Source: Schmidtea polychroa (taxonomy: Eukaryota). From it: DNA of 64,000 nt. Positions 55,047 to 64,000 of this stretch are shown here, piece after piece. The notes under the pieces are model-generated. The model had not been told where the DNA came from, did not search any database, and was given only the letters and a program-made list of their open reading frames with translations. The stretch lies in the NCBI GenBank assembly GCA_044892525.1, contig CM097885.1:41976001-42040000 (forward strand), read 5' to 3'. Every line of letters begins with the position of its first letter. Positions within the stretch are counted from its first letter, which is position 1. Position numbers and translations under genes: made by a program.

Positions 55047-56266
55047 TTTGTGGTAAATCTGAATTATGCATATTTGATAGACCATCGCCTCAGGCTGTAA
55101 TAGAATTTGGGGCATTTGAGGAAGTTTTTCCTATGAATTCAATTACCGATAGTAGAAATGATGTAGAATTTTACATCAATGGTTCTCAAACAGAATATTT
55201 AGATTTGAATGATACTTTATTGACTGTTCAAATCAAGGTTATAGATAAAGATAAAAAGGCTTTGGGTGATGCTGATGGTACAATACCTAATAATTTTTTG
55301 TTTCATACACTTTTTAAAGATGCTATTCTTGGATTTAATAATATCAAGATTGAAGGTGGCAACAATACATATATCCACAAGGCGATAATAGAAACTATTT
55401 TAAATTATAATACCGACACCAAAAATACATGTCTTACTCCTATGGGTTATGCAGCAAGTGATGACGAACGGAAAAAATGGATTAAAGGCTCAAAGATTTT
55501 CACCATGTGTTCATCATTACAACTCGATTTTATGGATCAACCAAAATATTTACTTCCAGGAGTCAATGTACACATTAGACTGAAAAGAACCGATTCTTCT
55601 TTATCATTAACTAGTGGTGCTGGTCAACCAATATGTCAATTAGTTGATGCAAAATTACTAGTAAGAAGAGTTCGAGTTGATCCGTCGGTATTAGCAGGTC
55701 ATCAGTTGGGTCTTAATTCTAAGCATGCAATCTATCCTCTGAAAACAAAAGAAATTGTTTCATTTGCAATAGCCAAAGGTGCTTCTTCCTTCTATAAGGA
55801 ACAAATATTTGGAGATAGAAGAATGCCAAACTTTATTCTGGTAACATTTCAAGGTGAAGCACAATATAATGGTTCATATAGTGCCTCCAGCTCAATTTTC
55901 AAAACCTTTGGTGTTACATCTCTAACTTTGTCGAAAAATACTGATTATCGAGAAACATATACTCAAGATTTCGATAGTGACAATTACTGTGCTACATATA
56001 TGCAGAGTATTGTTAGAAATATGGGATATTTAGATAAAAATTTGAATTGCGGCATAACTCTTGAAGAATTCAAATCCAAATATCCATTCTTTACATTTGT
56101 TTTGGCCCCAGATTTTGATTTGAATCAGAGTCAATTACCTCAAAATGGAAATTTACGATTAGATATAAAGTTTGCAAAAGCTATTACAGAACCTGTGCAT
56201 GTTATAATATATGGAGTATTTGAAAATGAAGTTCAAATTACTGCAAATAGAACCGTTCTGGTATAA
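55043..56266 (+). CDS. Major capsid protein (double jelly-roll, hexon-like)
   Basis: 407 aa with 'KSELCIF...VEFYI.G...YLDL..T', 'F.DQPKYLLPGV' and 'GNLRLDIKF' Polinton capsid motifs. Sits directly upstream of the protease. Confidence 0.85.
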   Translation: MICGKSELCIFDRPSPQAVIEFGAFEEVFPMNSITDSRNDVEFYINGSQTEYLDLNDTLLTVQIKVIDKDKKALGDADGTIPNNFLFHTLFKDAILGFNNIKIEGGNNTYIHKAIIETILNYNTDTKNTCLTPMGYAASDDERKKWIKGSKIFTMCSSLQLDFMDQPKYLLPGVNVHIRLKRTDSSLSLTSGAGQPICQLVDAKLLVRRVRVDPSVLAGHQLGLNSKHAIYPLKTKEIVSFAIAKGASSFYKEQIFGDRRMPNFILVTFQGEAQYNGSYSASSSIFKTFGVTSLTLSKNTDYRETYTQDFDSDNYCATYMQSIVRNMGYLDKNLNCGITLEEFKSKYPFFTFVLAPDFDLNQSQLPQNGNLRLDIKFAKAITEPVHVIIYGVFENEVQITANRTVLV

Positions 56267-56670
56267 ATGTATACAGAAATACAGAAAGTTGTCATGGAGT
56301 AAGTTGTTTTTTATACTGTTTAATTTATTAAAATAGTTCTGTTCAGGTTAATCGAATTGGAAAACAAATATTAGGAAATGAATTTTTAGGAGTTTTTCCT
56401 CTCGATAAAATACCATTTTTGAAAAATAATCAAGCCATAATCGTCAATACCCATTCATCTCATCTCGGCGGAGAGCATTGGATTGCAATCTATATGAAAC
56501 CAGATAAGATACATGTATTCGATCCTATGGGTTTCTATTATCCTGCTTTATTGGTTTCGAAACTACAAACGATGGGCAAACCTATTGTATATAATAAAAC
56601 AATGTATCAACACCCTTTAACTCGTACGTGCGGACAACATTGTTTAGGATGGCTTATGTCTATTAAATAA
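56267..56670 (+). CDS. Adenain-like cysteine maturation protease, 2 exons (38-nt intron 56299-56336)
   Basis: Catalytic 'GEHW', 'FDP' and 'YQ...TCGQHC'; 'FLGVFP' upstream. ATG GA|GTAAGT...AATAG|T TCT restores 'MDSVQV'. Confidence 0.88.
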
Positions 56671-56673
56671 TAA

Positions 56674-56738
<65 letters not shown>

Positions 56739-57005
56739 CATGTTTTATTATTTTTAAATATGTTTTATATTATTAGAATATTAAAAAATTCAGTCATGCA
56801 CGGTGCATGATCCGTACATGATTAATAGTAATTGTAATGGTAATAATAATAATAAATTTAATTGTACTTTATTCTAAGACTGACCGGATTCGCAAGTAAT
56901 TAGAATAAATATTTGTTTAAAATGTCAATTTTACAGGTTTATATAAACTTATTATTTATATAAGTTCGTAAATTTGTCTCTGAAAAATCAAAATCCAAAA
57001 ATTCG

Positions 57006-57416
57006 ATGAACAATTCCAGTAATATTTTACGTGCTCTCTTAACGAACAGCAATGGTAATTTATTATTATTATTATTAATATTTCTAATTATTTATTTTCA
57101 GATAATTTAGATTGGTATGATGTGTCTGAAAATGAAGAACTGTTGGATTTGGAACATATTTTCGGTGAATTTTTTAAATTTGAGTTATTAATATTATTAT
57201 TGTCTTAGAACCAATAACAATTGAAGATGATGACGATGCTTCAATTATTATTATTGAGGACGATGTTTTAGGTAAATTTATTTATTTATTTATTAAATTA
57301 TTTAATAAATTATTATTGATACAGAAAATGATGCCACCGTTTCTATTGAGGAGGAAAGAGAAATTAATGCCCCCGTTTCTATTGGGGAGGAAACAGATTT
57401 GGAGGAGACTTGTTAG
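57006..57416 (+). CDS. 4-exon acidic micro-protein (88 aa) with tandem SUMO-interacting-motif-like segments; not in the ORF track
   Basis: Exons 57006-57054, 57102-57164, 57209-57271 and 57325-57416. Three phase-1 GT-AG introns of 47/44/53 nt give one open frame ending TGT TAG. Confidence 0.75.
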
Positions 57417-57627
57417 TATTAATTTATTTTTAAGTATATTTTTTATAAAGTTTATTTTAAATCAATTTTATAAGCTTTAAATGTATATAAATAAATATTA
57501 ATACTATAATGTCAGTATATGATGTATATAAGTATGTATATAAAATATACAGTATATACATACTTATGCTATTTTTTTTTTCTATCGTCATATAGTTTGC
57601 AGTCAGCATGCAACTATTGTCTTCTGA

Positions 57628-57984
<357 letters not shown>

Positions 57985-57990
<6 letters not shown>

Positions 57991-58378
57991 TAAGTTTTTG
58001 ATAATAAATTAAAAGTGAAACGTTGAGAATCAAATAGAGAAAATAACGAACTTTGTCCATTTACATGTGATGAGTTTAATGTAAATATTATTGAATTTGT
58101 TCTAATATCGACAAATTTATTTTGGACAAAGTTCCTTATTTTCTCTATTTGATTCTCATCGTTTCACTTTTAATTTATTATCAAAAACTTAGTATTAATA
58201 TTATTATTATTATTTTTCTATTTTAAACATTAATTTATCATGAATCCCATTTCGATAGTTAGTTTGAATATCGAAATAAACAAACAATTTGTATTTGATA
58301 TTTTTATATTTAATTATTTTGGGTACTTACTTTATAATTATATATCTGACAGTAATATGAAAAATATAAGTGACAATG

Positions 58379-58429
<51 letters not shown>

Positions 58430-58430
58430 C

Positions 58431-58471
<41 letters not shown>

Positions 58472-58590
58472 TATAATAATATTAATAATAATACTAAGTT
58501 TTTGACATGAAATTAGAAACGAAACGATGAGAATCAAATAGAGAAAATAACGAACTTTGTCCAAAATAAATTTATCGATATTAGCACAAA

Positions 58591-58688
<98 letters not shown>

Positions 58689-58856
58689 ATTGTCACTTAT
58701 AATTGTCATATTACTGTCAGATATATAATTATAAAGTAAGTACCCAAAATAATTAAATATAAAAATATCAAAAACAAATTGTTTGTTTATTTCGATATTC
58801 AAACTAACTATCGAAATGGGAGTCATGATAAATTAATGTTTAAAATAGAAAAATAA
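57985..58856. repeat. Nested inverted-repeat complex upstream of PolB
   Basis: Segment A occurs at 57985-58059, inverted at 58123-58197, and again forward at 58489-58563. Segment C at about 58210-58385 is inverted at about 58680-58856. Confidence 0.9.
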
Positions 58857-58987
58857 ATGCCCCATATAAATATCAATAAATACATGATAATAATATTGAA
58901 TAAAAACATTGCAATAACTCTACAATAAAATTACATTATGAATATACTTTTTATGATTAATATTTTTTCAATAATTTATAAATATAT

Positions 58988-61900
58988 TTGATATATATTT
59001 ATAATTTATCAGGTCCATTTTACCCACGATACTGTGTATCGTCAATCGGACATAGTTTGATATGCCACAAAAATATGAAGAAATATTATCGCCAACCTTT
59101 TAATGGCATCAACTTTTTTATTTGCCCCATATGCAAAACTTCCCAGAGTGTAAGGTATAAGGAATTTTATAGTCAACATTCTCAGCACTTAAATTCTTTC
59201 AAAACAAATAAACAAGAACTGTTTAAAATAATAAATAAGAATAACATTGAAATTGTAAATATTTTAAATAATAACACAAAAAAGAAATCTAACAAAAGAC
59301 CTGCTGAACATAGGGTGTCTAAAATTAAAAATAAAATTATAAAAACTGAAGTCATTGAGATCAGTGACGACGAAATTATTAAAAATGAAGTCATTCTACT
59401 CAGTGATGACGAATGTAATAATATTATATATACTATAAATCATGATATTATAAATGATAATATTAATACTATAAATACTATAAATGAAAATATAAATAAT
59501 GATAATACTATAAATACTATAAATCAAATAGGTGGATCATCTTTAGCGATTGAGCCGATAATAGAATCAAATTTAAATGGCGCCATTCGAACTATTCGAT
59601 TTGATATTGCCGATTCACAATTAATTAAAATTATAATAACGGATAGGATCACTGAAAAGTTAACATCTGAAATAAATAACATGGGTAGCGTCAAAATTCA
59701 ATTCGCTATTCTTATAAGATTTGAAAAAGATGGGGAAATCCGTGACAACTACTTTTCAAATAAAGCCGAGATCTTTTCGGATAACTTTTTAATTGAGGGG
59801 GTTAATAAGTTAAACGAAAAAATTGAAAAGTTTACCTATTTAGGTAGTGGCTGGAGAGTAATTAATATCTTAGAGATTGATTTCATTCTGACTAAATTTG
59901 CTCCTATTTGTCGCCTATCTGGTCATAGTTACATTCGTACACCTGCAGATTTGAAATCTAAAGGAGCAATTATAAATGTTAAAAATAAGGATCATAAGTG
60001 TATTCTATATAGTATTCTCGCGCTCTTGAAAAAAGATGAAATAGGTAGCCACCCTGAAAGAGTTTCAAAATATGAAAATCTTTTAAATATTCTTAATTAC
60101 AATGAAGTCACGGATTGTCCGATGAAATTGTGTAATATACCTAAATTCGAAAAGAAAAATTTAGACTTAAATCTCGCCATAAATGTTCTGGCTTATACCC
60201 CTACTGTGATAGTTGATGATGATCAGGTTCCTAATGACTATGTTTTTAAACACCCCCACTTAAGTATAATTCACAGATCAACGGTTACTGGCGGTACTCC
60301 AATTTATTTATTACTCTTGGAAAATAAGGATAATTATCATTACACCGCAGTGACCAACATTACACGTTTAATGAACTGCCATCGTAATAATGACTGTAGT
60401 ATTCAAATAAGATGCAAATGGTGCCCACATTGTCTTAACGGTTTTCGAATGGACAATGCTTTCACTAAACATGTGGCCCTATGCAGTAAAAATCAAACGG
60501 GTACAACCCTTTACACTTTACCCGAAAATAAATATTTAGTGTTTCAAAATCATTCAAAGAGAATCACCCCACCCTTTGTTATTTATGCCGATTTTGAATC
60601 GGTTTTACCTAAAGATGTTAAACATCATCAAATACATTTACCTATTTCAGCAGGTCTTTTATTAATAAATAATCTTAACAATAGAAAATCGTATTACGAG
60701 TTTTATGGTCTTGATTGTATACCTCAATTTCTTAAAAAAGTAGAGCAAATTGCTGTCACAATTGTCCTACCTTATTATGAGCTTGAAGGGAAAAAACGGT
60801 TAGGACCTATGACTTTTGCTGAGGAACGACAATTCAAATCTTGTAGGAACTGCTATCTTTGCAAGAAGGTTTTATCCCTTGCTGTTCGAGATCATGACCA
60901 TTTTACTGGTAATTATCTCGGTGCAGCCTGTAGGAAATGTAATATGGCTCGCAGAATTTATAAACAGCTGCCGATTGTATTTCATAATTTACGAGGCTAC
61001 GACTTACACCATATTTTAAAATATGGTCTCAATGGCTTCCCTTCTTGGAATTTGAATATAATACCCACAAGCACAGAGAAATTTATCTCGATGATTGTTC
61101 ACATTAAAAAATTAGCTGTTCGTTTTATCGACAGCATACAATTTGTTAATTGTTCTTTGGCTAAGGCTGTAAAAACTCTAACTGATCTTCCTTTGACTTC
61201 GTCGGTTTTTGATAGGCTAATAATAGATGCTAAAGCCATATTTCCTTATGATTATGCGACTGATTTGGATGTACTTGAAACCACTTATGAATTGCCTCCT
61301 ATTTGGTCTGGTGTTACTGAAGATGAGTATGCTAAGGCTCAACTTATTTGGACTCAACAACGTTGTACTAAATTGGCTGACTATATGTTAACTTATCAAA
61401 AATTGGATGTATTCCTCCTTGCGGACTATTTCCAACAATTCCGTGCCAAGGCCATTGCATACAATGGTCTAGAACCTCTAAACTTTTATGGTATTCCGGG
61501 TATGTCATGGGCCTCAGCGCTTATGACATTAACTGAGCCTATAGAACTTTTACAGGACATAGAAATGTTCAATTTTTACGAAGGAGGAATACGTGGTGGG
61601 TTAACATTTGTTAACAAACATTACGTTGCTGCTTCTGATAATACAGAATTATTATATATTGATATAAATAATCTGTATGGTTGGGCTCTTAGCCAAAATC
61701 TTCCTTTTGCTGATTTCACTTGGGTGTATGATGAATTGAATGATGTATTGCTTGAGTGCATGAATGCTGACATTGAAATCCTTCCCTATGGTTATACCAT
61801 AGAAGTGGATATAGATATTCCAGAAATTTTTCATGATTTTTTAAATGACTTTCCTCTTGCTCCTGAGAAAATGTGCCCGCCTGGTTCGAAAGTTGAGAAG

Positions 61901-62947
61901 TTGATGCTCACGCATTGGCCAAAGAAGAACCATGTTCTTCATTGGAGGCTTCTCAAGCTTTATTTGTCTCTTGGTGCCAAAGTTGTACACATCCATAGGG
62001 CTATAAAATTCAAGCAAGCACCGATTTTTAAAAATTATATAAATAAAAATACACAGCTAAGAGCTGAAGCAAGCAGTGAACTGTACAGAGATTTATTCAA
62101 ATTGTATAATAATAGCTTGTACGGTAAATCCGTTGAAAACCTTAAGAAGAGATTAAATTTACGACTATGTAATTCCGCGGAAAAATTAATTACATATTCA
62201 TCAAAACCATCATTTAGAAAAACCATCAAAATTGATGATGATCTTTTTGGTGTACATCTCAATAAGGAGTCTATATGTTTGGATAGACCCAGCTACATCG
62301 GACAATCAGTGCTGGATTTATCCAAACTAAGGATGTATCAATTACAGTACATAGAATTAGCAAAATATAGGAGTCAGTTTAACTGTGATATAAATATAGT
62401 TGCGGGTGATACCGATAGTTTCTTCTTAGAGGTCAAAAATGTAAAGCTTGACGTTCTTTTGCCAGCGATGATTTCGGATGACTTGTTAGACACCTCAAAT
62501 TATGATTCCTCTCATCCTTTATATTCTAGGAGACTCGACTCAGTTATAGGAAAGTTTAAGGATGAGAGTAAGGGTGTAGGATATAGTGAGTGGGTTTTCT
62601 TGCGACCAAAGTGCTACAGTCTTTTAGGAAATAAATCTACTATGAGAGCTAAGGGCGTAAAATTACCAGGTACAGATATAAAACATCAATCCTATTTAGA
62701 CTGTTACAACAACAACACAGTTATTTCTGTACCTCAGACTAGAATAGGAACCCGAAATCATCAGCTTTTTACCTTTAAAAACTCAAAGATTGCTTTAACT
62801 AATCATGATGATAAAAGAGCTTGGGTAGAGAAAAACTCTAGTTTTGCATATGGTCATTATTTAGGGGTTGATGTCATTGATAATGACGATAATGATATTC
62901 AATCAGGAGCAGATCCCGATCTCATCAATCAACATCTACAAGATTAA
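58988..62947 (+). CDS. Protein-primed family B DNA polymerase (first in-frame ATG 59075), with N-terminal terminal-protein/vOTU-like region and an endonuclease-VII-like insert
   Basis: 'YADFES' ExoI, 'FHNLRGYD' ExoII, 'YIDINNLYG', 'KLYNNSLYGK', 'GDTDS' and 'PKCY'. His-Me finger 'VRDHDHFTG...ACRKCN'. 'GSGW' and 'DHKC...HY' in the N-terminal region. Confidence 0.97.
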   Translation: MIYIYNLSGPFYPRYCVSSIGHSLICHKNMKKYYRQPFNGINFFICPICKTSQSVRYKEFYSQHSQHLNSFKTNKQELFKIINKNNIEIVNILNNNTKKKSNKRPAEHRVSKIKNKIIKTEVIEISDDEIIKNEVILLSDDECNNIIYTINHDIINDNINTINTINENINNDNTINTINQIGGSSLAIEPIIESNLNGAIRTIRFDIADSQLIKIIITDRITEKLTSEINNMGSVKIQFAILIRFEKDGEIRDNYFSNKAEIFSDNFLIEGVNKLNEKIEKFTYLGSGWRVINILEIDFILTKFAPICRLSGHSYIRTPADLKSKGAIINVKNKDHKCILYSILALLKKDEIGSHPERVSKYENLLNILNYNEVTDCPMKLCNIPKFEKKNLDLNLAINVLAYTPTVIVDDDQVPNDYVFKHPHLSIIHRSTVTGGTPIYLLLLENKDNYHYTAVTNITRLMNCHRNNDCSIQIRCKWCPHCLNGFRMDNAFTKHVALCSKNQTGTTLYTLPENKYLVFQNHSKRITPPFVIYADFESVLPKDVKHHQIHLPISAGLLLINNLNNRKSYYEFYGLDCIPQFLKKVEQIAVTIVLPYYELEGKKRLGPMTFAEERQFKSCRNCYLCKKVLSLAVRDHDHFTGNYLGAACRKCNMARRIYKQLPIVFHNLRGYDLHHILKYGLNGFPSWNLNIIPTSTEKFISMIVHIKKLAVRFIDSIQFVNCSLAKAVKTLTDLPLTSSVFDRLIIDAKAIFPYDYATDLDVLETTYELPPIWSGVTEDEYAKAQLIWTQQRCTKLADYMLTYQKLDVFLLADYFQQFRAKAIAYNGLEPLNFYGIPGMSWASALMTLTEPIELLQDIEMFNFYEGGIRGGLTFVNKHYVAASDNTELLYIDINNLYGWALSQNLPFADFTWVYDELNDVLLECMNADIEILPYGYTIEVDIDIPEIFHDFLNDFPLAPEKMCPPGSKVEKLMLTHWPKKNHVLHWRLLKLYLSLGAKVVHIHRAIKFKQAPIFKNYINKNTQLRAEASSELYRDLFKLYNNSLYGKSVENLKKRLNLRLCNSAEKLITYSSKPSFRKTIKIDDDLFGVHLNKESICLDRPSYIGQSVLDLSKLRMYQLQYIELAKYRSQFNCDINIVAGDTDSFFLEVKNVKLDVLLPAMISDDLLDTSNYDSSHPLYSRRLDSVIGKFKDESKGVGYSEWVFLRPKCYSLLGNKSTMRAKGVKLPGTDIKHQSYLDCYNNNTVISVPQTRIGTRNHQLFTFKNSKIALTNHDDKRAWVEKNSSFAYGHYLGVDVIDNDDNDIQSGADPDLINQHLQD

Positions 62948-63315
62948 TTTAATTCTGTGATCGGACTTGTTTGAATTTTTGTAAAATAGAAATTATTGTA
63001 AAGTCTCTTTTTCGTTTTATAATTATCGGTTTTATTTCTTTGATTTTTTTTTTTTTTTTAATAATTTGATGTGTAAAAGTATTTTATTAGAATGTAGTTT
63101 GTTAATAAAAATAATAATAAAAATAATAGTACTTACTATATTGTGCACAAACATTATATCTTCAAATATATAACCATTGGATAGAGCTGTTCAAGACCTT
63201 TTTAATGAACCATTATTCAATAAAATCTATCGAAGATAATCCTTAAAATTACCATTATTGATTTTAAATTATTTTCTTGTTTAATAAATGAGTTGTTTTA
63301 ATGTATCTCTTATAA

Positions 63316-63873
63316 ATGTGTGCAGAATATAAGTATTTTCATAAATTTATTAAGAAATTACTGATGACCACGAGATCATTCAAGTTTTTAAACTGCACCG
63401 TTGAAGATTTTATGAACAATTATGATACTTTCACTGAAAAGGAAACCATAAAAATTTTAGAAATTTTCAAACATTCCTCCATTGGATATTTGATTGATTT
63501 ATTTAATTACAATAAATGCATTTTGAAGTTATCGATTTATTTGATGCATTTAGACAAAGCAATAGTAGATAATGATTCATTGAATGAATGCTTTTGGAAT
63601 TGTATGGATTTAAGGCTGGAACCAGGATATAGTAGTAGATTGATTTATGAATGGATATCGAAATCCGAATTGATTGAAAATAAGCTAAGGAAAAAACTCA
63701 ATGATGGTAGGAAAATGTATTTAACTTGTTACATTTGTAAAGAAAATCAAGTATCGGTTTTGTTTTTACCTTGCGGACATGTAATTGTATGTTCTAAATG
63801 CCATGATTCAAATGTTCGCAAATGTAAAGCATGTTCAATGTATATTAATGAGTATCATACTATATACATTTAA
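63316..63873 (+). CDS. C3HC4 RING (IAP/MDM2-type) putative E3 ubiquitin ligase, no BIR domain recognised
   Basis: C-terminal 'CYICKENQVSVLFLPCGHVIVCSKC...CKAC...TIYI'. Confidence 0.85.
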   Translation: MCAEYKYFHKFIKKLLMTTRSFKFLNCTVEDFMNNYDTFTEKETIKILEIFKHSSIGYLIDLFNYNKCILKLSIYLMHLDKAIVDNDSLNECFWNCMDLRLEPGYSSRLIYEWISKSELIENKLRKKLNDGRKMYLTCYICKENQVSVLFLPCGHVIVCSKCHDSNVRKCKACSMYINEYHTIYI

Positions 63874-64000
63874 TAAACATTTATTTCTTTACCTTTGTTA
63901 TTAATACTTTGAATATTGTAAATAATAAAACTATGTATCAAATAATAATATTCAAAATAAACCAAATTTACAAACTACCGCCCAGCCCCTTCGGGGCGGG
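63810..64000. repeat. Inner part of the right terminal inverted repeat
   Basis: Reverse complement of 48549-48739. Confidence 0.95.

Overview
AT-rich eukaryotic genomic DNA with very short (about 40-55 nt) GT-AG introns and long (AT)n/(AAT)n microsatellites. This resembles a planarian-type flatworm genome, but that assignment is inference only. Bases 1-47.6 kb are mostly decayed or nested transposons: hAT (BED, Buster/GTF2IRD2-like and ZMYM/Tip100-like), Tigger/pogo, Tc1, Helitron and Penelope pieces, many MITEs, and a full-length Gypsy element with an intact antisense ORF. Two host genes lie among them: a 4-exon divergent TBP-family gene (23938-24868, +) and the last three exons of an LHPP-like HAD phosphatase (-). 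From 47654 to the window end is an apparently intact Polinton/Maverick (endogenous adintovirus-like element). It has a ~1.09-kb terminal inverted repeat, packaging ATPase, integrase, minor and major capsid, core protein, adenain protease and protein-primed PolB. Its unusual cargo is the main finding: its own TATA-binding-protein homolog, transcribed divergently from the virion gene block; at least eight predicted spliceosomal introns, one a pure (ATT)n tract in the integrase active-site region; a 4-exon acidic multi-SIM micro-protein absent from the ORF track; an IAP-type RING ligase; and a nested palindrome complex. All family assignments are from motif recognition, not database searches.
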